Below, piece by piece: positions 7,676-15,680 of a stretch of 32,000 nucleotides of DNA; within the stretch, counting starts at the first letter, position 1; every line of letters begins with the position of its first letter. Both the position numbers and the translations under genes were made by a program. The notes under the pieces are model-generated. The model saw nothing but the letters and a program-made list of their open reading frames with translations, was not told where the DNA came from and made no database searches. The stretch is taken from NCBI GenBank assembly GCA_026986575.1, contig JALSOH010000004.1, positions 566,693 to 598,692 on the forward strand. Reading direction: 5' to 3'. The stretch is from Thermoproteota archaeon. GTDB taxonomy: Archaea; Korarchaeota; Korarchaeia; Korarchaeales; Korarchaeaceae.

Positions 7676-9276
7676 GAGTGAGGATCCTACCTGTTGGCAT
7701 GGAGGTCGAGGTGGACAAGGGCGAACTACTATCGGATATACTAAGCAGGACCGTATCATTCCCTTTGCCGTGTGGGGGTGCTGGATACTGCGGCGGATGC
7801 TCTGTGCGCGTGCTTGAGGGGGAGGTGACCCCTCCGAGCAGGGAGGAGCAACTGATCGGAGTGATAGAGAAGGGGCTGAGGCTGGCTTGCAGGACTAGGG
7901 TGATGGGGGATGTGGCGGTTGAGGTCCCCAGAATAACCCCCGTGGCCACGGTCTCGGGAATGATGCCCCGATTCGAGCTGAATCCCTTGATCAGTAAATC
8001 CGGACCTAGAGATATGGCTCTCCCCAGATCCCTCCCTGAACCTTCACTCAGCTTCAAAGGGATTGCATTCCGCTCCGGAGGAGGGGAAATCGGACTTGCG
8101 GTGGATCTCGGGACTACCAACATATCCGGATCACTGCTCGACCTGAGGAGCGGGAGACCTATGGTGGAGGGGTTCGCGAGGAACCCCCAAGTGTCGAGGG
8201 GAGCTGATGTGATCACTAGGATGGAGAAGGCCCTTGAAGGCGAGGGTGAGGTGCTGAAGGGTCTAGCGATCCAGGGCATAGAGGATCTGGCCTCGAAGCT
8301 ATGTAAAGCTGCAGATATCAGGGAGGATGATATATCCATAGTCTCGGTAGTCGGAAACTCGGTGATGCACGCGCTCCTCCTTGGATTGCCCGTCGATTCC
8401 CTATCTGTAGCGCCGTTCGAGCCTCCTCTCAAGATGTGGGTCTCCGGGCCAGCGGAGGAGGCCGGATTTGAGAAGCTGTCCGAGAGCTGGCTCGTGGTCC
8501 CCCCACCACTGGCAGGCTTCGTCGGTTCCGATGCCTTATCCGACCTGATAGTTGCTGAGATGCTGGAGCTGGAGAGACCCTATCTCCTGATCGACTTGGG
8601 GACGAACACCGAGGTGATGCTGGTGACGGACGATGTGCTGACTACCAGCGCGCCGGCAGGCTCCGCCTTCGAATCTAATGTCCCGTCTGGGGTGGGCGGC
8701 GTTCGGGGAGCAATAAATAGGGTGAGAGTCACCGAGGGAGGGATTGAGGTGGAGGTGGAGGGAAGACCCGTGGGTCTGAGCGGCTCAGGACTCATCTCCG
8801 CCGTGGCTGAGATGCTGAGGTGGGGTCTCCTTTCAGAGAACGGGAGGATGTCCAAGGAGCTGGAGGGAAGGCTCAGGCTAGTGGACTCCCCGAGGATAGA
8901 GGTGACGCAGAGGGATGTGAGAGAGGTCCAGAAGGCAGTGGCTGCAGTGTACTCGGCTTGGAGGATCCTAATGCGGAGGAAAGGCTTAAGCTATGAGGAC
9001 TTAAAGGGGGTCTACCTCGCCGGTACCTTCGGGAGTCACGTGGATCCGTCGGATGCCATTGAGATAGGCCTCATCCCTTCAGTTGATCCGGGAAAGGTGA
9101 TCTCTCTAGGTAACACAGCGTTATCAGGGGCTAAACTCTTTATACTGAGTGAGGACGCGTTCAACAGGTTCAACAAGCTGTACTCCATGGCTACTTATGT
9201 AGATCTGGCCAGAGACCCCGAATTTAGTGATGTCTTCATAGAGGGGACGTACCTGAGGAGAAGGCTCCACTCTTGA
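7672..9276 (+). CDS. RACo-like protein: N-terminal [2Fe-2S] ferredoxin domain plus an ASKHA ATPase domain (DUF4445/COG3894), a putative reductive activator of corrinoid proteins
   Basis: Cys motif CGGAGYCGGC...LAC. ASKHA phosphate motifs AVDLGTTN and LIDLGTNTEV. Also VVGNSVMHALLLG, GFVGSDA, LSGSG, YLAGTFGS and LGNTALSGA. The GTG start overlaps the upstream stop codon (GTGA). Confidence 0.75.
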   Translation: MRVRILPVGMEVEVDKGELLSDILSRTVSFPLPCGGAGYCGGCSVRVLEGEVTPPSREEQLIGVIEKGLRLACRTRVMGDVAVEVPRITPVATVSGMMPRFELNPLISKSGPRDMALPRSLPEPSLSFKGIAFRSGGGEIGLAVDLGTTNISGSLLDLRSGRPMVEGFARNPQVSRGADVITRMEKALEGEGEVLKGLAIQGIEDLASKLCKAADIREDDISIVSVVGNSVMHALLLGLPVDSLSVAPFEPPLKMWVSGPAEEAGFEKLSESWLVVPPPLAGFVGSDALSDLIVAEMLELERPYLLIDLGTNTEVMLVTDDVLTTSAPAGSAFESNVPSGVGGVRGAINRVRVTEGGIEVEVEGRPVGLSGSGLISAVAEMLRWGLLSENGRMSKELEGRLRLVDSPRIEVTQRDVREVQKAVAAVYSAWRILMRRKGLSYEDLKGVYLAGTFGSHVDPSDAIEIGLIPSVDPGKVISLGNTALSGAKLFILSEDAFNRFNKLYSMATYVDLARDPEFSDVFIEGTYLRRRLHS

Positions 9277-9300
9277 ACTTTTACCCCGACAACCTTTAAT

Positions 9301-9336
9301 AGTTCCGAGGCGGAACTAAGTTCCGAGGCGGAACTA
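9301..9336 (+). promoter_or_regulatory. two perfect tandem copies of the 18-bp unit AGTTCCGAGGCGGAACTA, each an inverted repeat AGTTCC-N5-GGAACT, ending exactly at the ATG of the next gene
   Basis: Read directly from the sequence. A TATA-like TTTAATA lies at 9295-9301, so the repeats would cover the predicted transcription start. Confidence 0.7.
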
Positions 9337-10350
9337 ATGCTATTCGACCTGAGGCCCAAGAAATCTAGAAAAGACCTCTTCGACAGGGAATGGGAGCTAG
9401 AGGAGCTGGAAAGAGCCTCTAGCAGATATCCTCTCATCCTACTGTTGGGTATTAGGAGGATAGGTAAGACTAGCGTGGCTTGGTGCTTCCTAGAGGGGAA
9501 GAGGGGATTCTTAATTGACATGAGAGGCGTCGTCCGGCGGGCTGATCTCTACGAGAGGGTGGCTAGAGGACTTGAGGGATCATTAAGCAAGATGAGAAGG
9601 TTCCTGAGGGGTATAAGGGGCATTAAGATAGCAGGCGCTGAGGTTGAGATCCAGTGGAGAGGAATGGATTCCCTGAGCCTCACAGGTCTTCTGACAGAAT
9701 TGAACAAGCTGGGTGAGTTCGTCGTGATCTTGGACGAGGTCCAGCATCTGAGGCAACCCCTCATGTCCGAGGTGAGGGAGATGATAGCCTACGCCTACGA
9801 TAATCTGGACAACGTGACCATCATCCTCACGGGCTCGGAGATAGGCATGCTCAGAAGGTTCCTCAGGCTCGAAGATCCATCCTCCCCCCTCTATGGGAGG
9901 TACGCATACGAGGTCGAGGTGAGAAGGTTCACCAAGGAGCAATCCAAGAAGTTCTTGGTTAAGGGGTTCAGGGAAATAGGAATGGAACCGCCGATGGAGG
10001 AAGTAGAGAAGGCCGTGGAATTCTTCGACGGGATAGTGGGATGGCTTGTCATTTTCGGTAAATCCTATGCAGAGGGTAAAGGGGACTTCGAGACCATAAC
10101 GGAGATGGCCATTAGGATGGCCATCACCGAGTTAATGAAACTCGATCCTAGGGAGAAACTCGTCCTCAAGGCCGTTGCCAAGGGGGCAAGGAGCTGGAGC
10201 CAGGTGAGAGAGCTGATAGAGGAGAAGGAAGGAGCTGTAATACCTAAATCCTCCCTGTCCAGAACAATCAAGAGGCTGGAGAGGCTAAGCCTCATCAAGG
10301 ACTATGAATTCCTAGATCCCGTTTACGAGAGAGCTGCACTGAGACTGTAG
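9337..10350 (+). CDS. archaeal ATPase (Arch_ATPase/DUF234-type AAA+ protein with a C-terminal winged-helix domain)
   Basis: N-terminal FDREWELEELE. Walker A LLGIRRIGKTS and Walker B VVILDEVQHL. The C-terminal wHTH-like segment is SWSQVRELIE...LSRTIKRLERLSLI. Confidence 0.8.
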   Translation: MLFDLRPKKSRKDLFDREWELEELERASSRYPLILLLGIRRIGKTSVAWCFLEGKRGFLIDMRGVVRRADLYERVARGLEGSLSKMRRFLRGIRGIKIAGAEVEIQWRGMDSLSLTGLLTELNKLGEFVVILDEVQHLRQPLMSEVREMIAYAYDNLDNVTIILTGSEIGMLRRFLRLEDPSSPLYGRYAYEVEVRRFTKEQSKKFLVKGFREIGMEPPMEEVEKAVEFFDGIVGWLVIFGKSYAEGKGDFETITEMAIRMAITELMKLDPREKLVLKAVAKGARSWSQVRELIEEKEGAVIPKSSLSRTIKRLERLSLIKDYEFLDPVYERAALRL

Positions 10351-10417
10351 CTCCTACCCATGATGTGTGGAGCGAATCGCACTTCAACTTAAATTAGTTG
10401 AATAGCCCCTTAGGGCA

Positions 10418-11431
10418 ATGCCAGCGAGCTCCAAGGAGTTCTTCCTATTAGCTGATGGTTCTCCGGATGACGTGATCAGGAAAGTTAGTGAGATGGGCTT
10501 TAAAATAGTTGCTCTATCCTCGGAAGCGAAGGAAAGGACTAAAAACCTCGTAGATCCGGAGCACATCGTGAGGGTCGAGGAATGGCCCTCCAAGGGGGAG
10601 ATCACTCTAGTGAGGATAAAAGGACCTGAGGACATGTCAGTGGTCGAGGAGACTGCCTCCACGGGCAAGGTGCTCATTGACAGCGAGGGGTGGAAGATAA
10701 TCCCCCTAGAAAACCTGATAGCTAGTCTGGGTGGGGGCGACAGGATATATACGATAGCTGAGACGCTAGATGAAGCTAGATCCCTGCTGGGAGTACTGGA
10801 AGTGGGAATAAAGGGCGTTGTGATGCCGCTGAAAGATCCCAGCGAGTTAAAAGACGTAATGAGAATGTTGGAGGAAGCCTCTCCCCTTCAACTGGTCGTG
10901 GCCGAGGTCACGGAGGTCAAAGAGGTCGGTATGGGAGACAGAGTGTGCGTGGATACGACATCCCTCCTCTCCAAGGGCGAAGGGATGCTTGTAGGGGGAT
11001 CAGCCTCCTTCTTCCTCTTGGTTCACAGCGAGAACATAGAATCCCCATTCACCTCACCTAGAGAGTTCAGGGTGAACGCGGGAGCAGTCTCCAACTACAT
11101 CTTGGTGCCCGGCGGGAAGACCAAGTACCTATCGGAGGTCAAGTCTGGAACTGAGGTACTTACTGTCACGAAGGATGGTAAGAGGAGGGCGGTGAGCGTC
11201 GGGAGGGCCAAGGTGGAGAGGAGGCCCCTGGTGCTGGTGAGGGCCAAGTCTCAGGATGCTGAGGGATGGGCGGTGCTGCAGCTTGCTGAAACGGTGCCCC
11301 TCATGAAACCAGACGGAACCCCTATACCGGTCAGCGAGGTGAAGCCGGGAGATCAGATCTTAGCGTATGTGGAGGAGAAGAAGGCAAGACACTTCGGTAT
11401 GGCAGTGGACGAGTTCATAGAAGAGAGGTAA
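10418..11431 (+). CDS. aroB': 3-dehydroquinate synthase II (archaeal ADH-dependent DHQ synthase)
   Basis: Family-typical blocks IPLENLIA, RVCVDTTSLLSKGEGMLVGGSASFFLLVHSE and EFRVNAGAVSNY. Size is 337 aa. Confidence 0.85.
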   Translation: MPASSKEFFLLADGSPDDVIRKVSEMGFKIVALSSEAKERTKNLVDPEHIVRVEEWPSKGEITLVRIKGPEDMSVVEETASTGKVLIDSEGWKIIPLENLIASLGGGDRIYTIAETLDEARSLLGVLEVGIKGVVMPLKDPSELKDVMRMLEEASPLQLVVAEVTEVKEVGMGDRVCVDTTSLLSKGEGMLVGGSASFFLLVHSENIESPFTSPREFRVNAGAVSNYILVPGGKTKYLSEVKSGTEVLTVTKDGKRRAVSVGRAKVERRPLVLVRAKSQDAEGWAVLQLAETVPLMKPDGTPIPVSEVKPGDQILAYVEEKKARHFGMAVDEFIEER

Positions 11432-11474
11432 AGGGAAGTGAAGGGGGCAGGGAGCTTACTAGATCAACACCCGC

Positions 11475-11906
11475 TCAGAGCTCTATCCCGAACTTAGGAG
11501 CTATTTCTTGTCTGAAGTAGTCTATCGCGAAGACAACCGAGTTGAACTCGCTGGTGAAGATGTCCTTGTTCATTCCCGAGACGGGAATGGTCTTGCTGGA
11601 TCCTAGGTTGCCCTCCTCATCCACATCGTACCTTACTTCCGCGAGCGTATAGTGGGCGTTGAGCAGTGCCCTGTAGAACTCCGCACTATCCGGTACCTTT
11701 CCACTCTCCAGTATGGTGGTCCTTATGGCCACCCAGTCGTCACCTACGAGGACGAACACCCAGTACTCGCCGTCCCCAACCTTCCAGAGAGAAGCTATGA
11801 CACCCTCCTCCTTCTGATACTTCACACCCATTCCGTTGAGGAACTCCTCTATCTGGGATTCCACTTCAATAGACAGAAGATCACCTAGTTGACCCACAGT
11901 GAGCAA
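11475..11906 (-). CDS. YbjN-like (type III secretion chaperone-like fold) protein; a tentative call
   Basis: Small acidic protein whose pattern [17 protein letters not shown]...[13 protein letters not shown]...[17 protein letters not shown] resembles the YbjN family. The start is TTG 11906 or GTG 11897. Confidence 0.5.
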   Translation of the reverse strand: MLTVGQLGDLLSIEVESQIEEFLNGMGVKYQKEEGVIASLWKVGDGEYWVFVLVGDDWVAIRTTILESGKVPDSAEFYRALLNAHYTLAEVRYDVDEEGNLGSSKTIPVSGMNKDIFTSEFNSVVFAIDYFRQEIAPKFGIEL

Positions 11907-11914
11907 TAATAAGT

Positions 11915-12460
11915 ATGCCTATAATGTCGGGAGCGATAGAGATGCTCGTGGCAGTTGGCTCGATCAATCCCTTGAAGATCGAAGCGGTTAGGAAGGCCTT
12001 CTCCTCGGTATGGGAGGTCGAAGTGAGGGGCATCGAGGTGGACAGCGGTGTCTCTCCCGAACCAGTTGGTCAGGAGGCCATCGTAGGTGCTATGAACAGG
12101 GCTAGAAAGGCGATGGCCGCTCTGAATGCGGACTTCGGCGTGGGTATAGAAGGAGGCGTCTTCCACTTGGGTGGCCGGTACTACTGCGCTGGCTTCGTCT
12201 GGGTGGAGAGGAAGGACGGCATTTACGGTACGGGCACCAGCGGGTGGTTCGAATGCCCGAAAAGTTTCACAGCTAGTCTGCTCACCGGTGTGGAGCTCGG
12301 GGATCTCATGGCAGAGATAAGCGGGAAGGCCGAGATAAAGAGGGAAGAGGGGGCGATAGGCTACTTCACCAGGGGTGTAGTGAGCAGGACCGACCTGTAC
12401 ACACATGGCGTGCTGATGGCCCTAGCCAAGTTCATCGCGGGTGATAGGTGGCCGGGATGA
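11915..12460 (+). CDS. yjjX: inosine/xanthosine triphosphatase (non-canonical purine NTP phosphatase, YjjX/DUF84 family)
   Basis: N-terminal [18 protein letters not shown] plus GVGIEGGV and a C-terminal YTHGVLMAL-type block. The start may instead be ATG 11942 (MLVAVGS). Confidence 0.8.
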   Translation: MPIMSGAIEMLVAVGSINPLKIEAVRKAFSSVWEVEVRGIEVDSGVSPEPVGQEAIVGAMNRARKAMAALNADFGVGIEGGVFHLGGRYYCAGFVWVERKDGIYGTGTSGWFECPKSFTASLLTGVELGDLMAEISGKAEIKREEGAIGYFTRGVVSRTDLYTHGVLMALAKFIAGDRWPG

Positions 12461-12464
12461 TAGC

Positions 12465-12980
12465 ATGATGATCGTGGCTCTCTTGGGAGGGAGGAAGGAT
12501 CTACTCTATAAACCGTTGGTCAACATGCTGGCTAGCTCCGGATACAGGGTCGCTGCAGCTGTTCAGCTGAGGAAGGTCGGACTCACTAAAGAGATGAGGG
12601 AGTTGGCCGAAGCGGGGGCCGGTCTGATAGTGGCACATTCAACCAACAGGGTGGTTCTATCGACGACGTATGTGCCAGACGCCTTAGATGAGATTAGGAG
12701 GATGGTGGGCTGCTTGGCGCCTGTGGATCCTGATGCCCTCATTCTACTCGGATTCCAGAAGTTGGTGCGAGATGATGAGAGGATTCTAAAAGCCTTAGCT
12801 GTGTGGAGCGCCAAGGAAGCCGAGTCCCTGCTTGCCGAGATCGCCCCTCCGGTCGTAGGAGTGTACTCCGAGAGAGGGGATTATCCTAGAGGATACTCCA
12901 CACCAGAGGAGCTGGCAAATGCTATAGTGGATGAGGGAATGAGGAGGAGACTGATCCAGCCGAGAGTCATTAGACCTTGA
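12465..12980 (+). CDS. hypothetical protein, MobB-like with a degenerate P-loop (tentative)
   Basis: N-terminal beta-strand MMIVALLGG is followed by RKDLLY where MobB has GSGKTT. A later DALILLGFQK resembles the MobB DLVLVEGFK block. I prefer ATG 12465 over the ORF-track GTG 12441, which overlaps yjjX. Confidence 0.5.
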   Translation: MMIVALLGGRKDLLYKPLVNMLASSGYRVAAAVQLRKVGLTKEMRELAEAGAGLIVAHSTNRVVLSTTYVPDALDEIRRMVGCLAPVDPDALILLGFQKLVRDDERILKALAVWSAKEAESLLAEIAPPVVGVYSERGDYPRGYSTPEELANAIVDEGMRRRLIQPRVIRP

Positions 12981-13147
12981 TTGTAATAAAGCGATGTAAG
13001 ATAGACTTGGGGTATGGAGACTCATGCAGCGCCTTAATCGCCACTCACTTATGTAAAAGAAATGACACAATTTGTCTAAAATAGACTGCTCAATCCAGCG
13101 CATTCCCTAATATTTAGCTAGGGTTATTTGCCTCTTACCGAGAAAAA

Positions 13148-13155
13148 TTTATAAA
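13148..13155 (+). promoter_or_regulatory. TATA box TTTATAAA
   Basis: It ends 25 nt before GTG 13180 and 34 nt before ATG 13189 of the following ORF, which fits archaeal promoter geometry. Confidence 0.45.
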
Positions 13156-13179
13156 GGTTAATGTAGCAACATTATTACG

Positions 13180-13575
13180 GTGATTGTTATGTTTTCTAAG
13201 GAAACCCCCCATAATAGATCATCATATCTTCTGTTGTTAATTGCTTCAATAGTTGCAATAACCTTGTTAACTGCACCCACAGTAGCTCCCGTAATGGCAT
13301 TACCAAACAACCAAGATATTGAACCTATGACCATCCATACCTGCTTCTATGACTATAGGTATCTACCTCCTCAGGGAGGCGATGTAGTAAGGTATCCCGC
13401 AGAGTATCCATACACAGAGGTGGATAGGGTCAGGATAGTCTATGCGAATCTCAATCCAAGTGACTACTACTGGGACTGGTGGTGGGATCATCATTATCTC
13501 AGGATAATCATAATAAACTATTCAGAGGCTCTTCCCTTGAAAATAAAATGGCAAGTTTGCTTGACATATCACTAA
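13180..13575 (+). CDS. hypothetical secreted small protein, aromatic-rich
   Basis: Signal-peptide-like N-terminus SSYLLLLIASIVAITLLTAPTVAPVMA|LP and a Trp/Tyr-rich segment SDYYWDWWWDHHY. It lies in a low-GC island. No family recognised. Confidence 0.45.
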   Translation: MIVMFSKETPHNRSSYLLLLIASIVAITLLTAPTVAPVMALPNNQDIEPMTIHTCFYDYRYLPPQGGDVVRYPAEYPYTEVDRVRIVYANLNPSDYYWDWWWDHHYLRIIIINYSEALPLKIKWQVCLTYH

Positions 13576-13602
13576 AACCACTGGAATATAAGGGGGTGAC
13601 CC

Positions 13603-14346
13603 ATGAAAAAAGGAATCCTGTCCTTAGTTGGCCTCATCCTGATAGTTATAGTAGTGGCTCTATCACTTACAAATCCCGCTTGGATATTTGGAAAAGAAGA
13701 GAACATCTACATGGTAGGTTTTGGATACGATAAGAAAGAAATAAACTTGATCGCTGAGAGACTTAATGAGAACAAGATACCTTATTCTATCGTTTTAAGA
13801 GTTAAAGGAGAACTTCCCCATGAGGCGCTTGAGGCAACAGGCGAACTAGACAAAGCAAGGGCCTTTCTGCTTAAAAAGGGGATCAACCTCTCCAAACAAG
13901 ATCGAATCACATTCCGTCTGGGTGTAGACCTACTCGGAATGGACAGGAGAACTATAATGAGGTTGTTCGGGCACAAATATCCCATTAACATCCCGCAGGA
14001 TTGTATTGTATCAGAACCAATCTTTGAAGCCTTGAAAAAAGCTTATGGAAAGAATGTGGGTGATTGGATTAAAATTAGCATATATACGGGGAGGTCATAT
14101 CTGAAAATCTCGTGCCACATGGTAGGCGCCTTTCCAGAAAGGAGTTCTCTACCATCTTACACTATAGTGATGGACAGGAAGTTCTTGGAAAATGGCATTC
14201 AGAATTATGTCCACTTATCGGAGGAATTTTTACAATTAAGTAACTTTTCCGACGAAATTATTGTATTATACGTAAGTGATGTTAAGAAGCTAGATGCGAT
14301 AGAGAAATTACTGGGATGCAGCGAATGTTTGATTCCACTTGGATGA
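13603..14346 (+). CDS. hypothetical membrane-anchored protein (single N-terminal TM helix plus an extracytoplasmic domain of about 215 aa)
   Basis: N-terminus MKKGILSLVGLILIVIVVALSL. SD-like GGGGGTGA precedes the ATG. Open frame of 247 codons in AT-rich DNA. No family recognised. Confidence 0.6.
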   Translation: MKKGILSLVGLILIVIVVALSLTNPAWIFGKEENIYMVGFGYDKKEINLIAERLNENKIPYSIVLRVKGELPHEALEATGELDKARAFLLKKGINLSKQDRITFRLGVDLLGMDRRTIMRLFGHKYPINIPQDCIVSEPIFEALKKAYGKNVGDWIKISIYTGRSYLKISCHMVGAFPERSSLPSYTIVMDRKFLENGIQNYVHLSEEFLQLSNFSDEIIVLYVSDVKKLDAIEKLLGCSECLIPLG

Positions 14347-14364
14347 TCTTCCTGATCACAAAAA

Positions 14365-14370
14365 TTTTTT
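14365..14370 (+). terminator. oligo-T tract (AAAAATTTTTTGC) downstream of ORF 13603-14346
   Basis: T6 run 19 nt after the stop codon. Archaeal termination typically uses oligo-T. Confidence 0.4.
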
Positions 14371-14487
14371 GCTATTCTCCTTTACTAATCTTCCTCATTT
14401 ATATAAATCCTTATAATAGCTTGGTCTTCACAGCACGGAATTTTTCTAATGTTAACCTTAAGTAGGTGAGGCTAGGAGGTCGAATGG

Positions 14488-14823
14488 ATGATCCAAATGC
14501 TGGAACTCTACTTGGAGGTAACCGAGGTTAGGAAGACTCCCTCTGGGATAGTTCTCTCTCTGAGCAGACCTAGAGGGGTTGAGGAAGTTCCTCCTCCGGA
14601 AAGTGAGGAGGAGGCCATGATGTTCCAAGTCGTGAGGGCCATGGAGAAGTACATGAAGCTTCCCTTGCCGATGGGCCAAGTGCAGGTGCCCACCGTGACG
14701 ATAACCCTAACGATCGACGAATATGAGAGCTTGGGGAGACCTACTGTCGGAGATATGATCAAGCTGACCATGAAGAAGGGAGAGGTCAGGAGCTTCTCCC
14801 CTGGCGGCAGGATGGAGTACTGA
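14488..14823 (+). CDS. hypothetical small protein (111 aa) whose C-terminal half resembles an AbrB/SpoVT swapped-hairpin pattern (speculative)
   Basis: Host-like GC and codon usage, with SD-like TAGGAGGT upstream. Segment ITLTIDEYESLGRPTVGDMIKLTMKKGEV resembles AbrB/MazE-type beta-hairpin motifs. Confidence 0.55.
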   Translation: MIQMLELYLEVTEVRKTPSGIVLSLSRPRGVEEVPPPESEEEAMMFQVVRAMEKYMKLPLPMGQVQVPTVTITLTIDEYESLGRPTVGDMIKLTMKKGEVRSFSPGGRMEY

Positions 14824-14876
14824 GGGGAAGGAGCCAGCGGTGGGAACGATTTTAACGGACCTTCCCCACCTTCATC

Positions 14877-15176
14877 ATGATGCCCATAGAGGAGGCCATA
14901 ACCGTTAGCAAGAAGGGTAAAAGGGAAATTAGGACGCTGGTGTCTAGGGGGAGGTTCGCTCTGATAGAGTACAGGGATCCAGTAACCAAGGAGAGAACGG
15001 AGGACAAGTACAAGCTGGTCCTCTACCACGAGGACGGAAGAGTAGATGAGTACTTCATAATCCCAACGAAGACACCTCACCGTCAACTCCTGATAGAGCC
15101 CAAGGAGAAGAAGGGTATGAAGCTGAAGGTCTGGAACCCCAAGACGAATCAGGTCGAGGACATGTTTCCTAAGTAA
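14877..15176 (+). CDS. hypothetical small basic protein (99 aa)
   Basis: ORF with host-like composition 53 nt downstream of the previous small ORF. No motif recognised. Confidence 0.55.
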   Translation: MMPIEEAITVSKKGKREIRTLVSRGRFALIEYRDPVTKERTEDKYKLVLYHEDGRVDEYFIIPTKTPHRQLLIEPKEKKGMKLKVWNPKTNQVEDMFPK

Positions 15177-15185
15177 AAATAGAGA

Positions 15186-15617
15186 TTAGGAGGGAGCGAG
15201 CACCTCCAGCAGCAACCAAGCGACATCTATTATATCTCTCATCGTGATCATACCGATGGGCTTGCCTTCCCCGTCCACCACCGGTAAATGCTTAATGTCA
15301 ACATCTCTCATCTTCTTCATGGCGTCAATCACCAGATCGCTGGGCGAGATGCTTATTGGATTCTCGGTCATTAGCATGTGAATGGGAAGTCCCTTCCCCA
15401 CCTTGCCCTCAGCTACGGCGAACCTCAGATCCCTGTCGGTGAATATACCCACGAGCTTACCGTCCTTATCCACGACCATCACGCTGCTAATCTTGTTGTC
15501 ATCCATCACCTTGGCGGCCTGCTCTATAGGGGTCTCCTTGTCCACCGTTATGGGAGGGGTGCTCATCACATCCTCCACCCTCAGGGGGAGATGCCTCTTT
15601 CTCCTCAAGAGTGGCAA
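15186..15617 (-). CDS. CBS-domain pair protein
   Basis: Two CBS repeats: VEDVMSTPPITVDKETPIEQAAKVMDDNKISSVMVVDKDGKLVGIFTDRDL, and MTENPISISPSDLVIDAMKKMRDVDIKHLPVVDGEGKPIGMITMRDI. Confidence 0.85.
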   Translation of the reverse strand: MPLLRRKRHLPLRVEDVMSTPPITVDKETPIEQAAKVMDDNKISSVMVVDKDGKLVGIFTDRDLRFAVAEGKVGKGLPIHMLMTENPISISPSDLVIDAMKKMRDVDIKHLPVVDGEGKPIGMITMRDIIDVAWLLLEVLAPS

Positions 15618-15680
15618 TATCCCACCTCCGATAGAAATACCATGTTCTGGGCTAAAATCTTTTACAAGCGGAGGGAGCGA

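Noticed and set aside
7653-8432. 259-aa minus-strand ORF, plus other antisense ORFs at 7237-7656, 8580-8855 and 9195-9521
   Set aside because: They are fully antisense to the well-supported MetE-like and RACo genes. Their Ser/Pro/Thr-rich low-complexity translations are typical of shadow frames, and no motifs are present.
9301-9336. Possible miniature CRISPR array
   Set aside because: There are only two 18-bp units with no spacer between them and no cas genes. The position at a promoter and start codon fits an operator instead.
11885-12406. 173-aa minus-strand ORF opposite yjjX
   Set aside because: The plus-strand frame carries clear YjjX/DUF84 signatures. The antisense translation has no recognisable features.
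12464-12471. C-box-like ATGATGA suggesting a C/D box sRNA; a weaker ATGATGT also occurs near 10360
   Set aside because: No D box (CTGA) lies at an appropriate distance and no terminal complementarity is present. The first motif is simply the Met-Met start of a CDS.
14508-15086. 192-aa minus-strand ORF spanning the two small plus-strand genes
   Set aside because: It is a shadow ORF opposite two ORFs that have better start contexts (SD-like sites). It crosses their intergenic spacer, its composition is not protein-like, and no motif is present.
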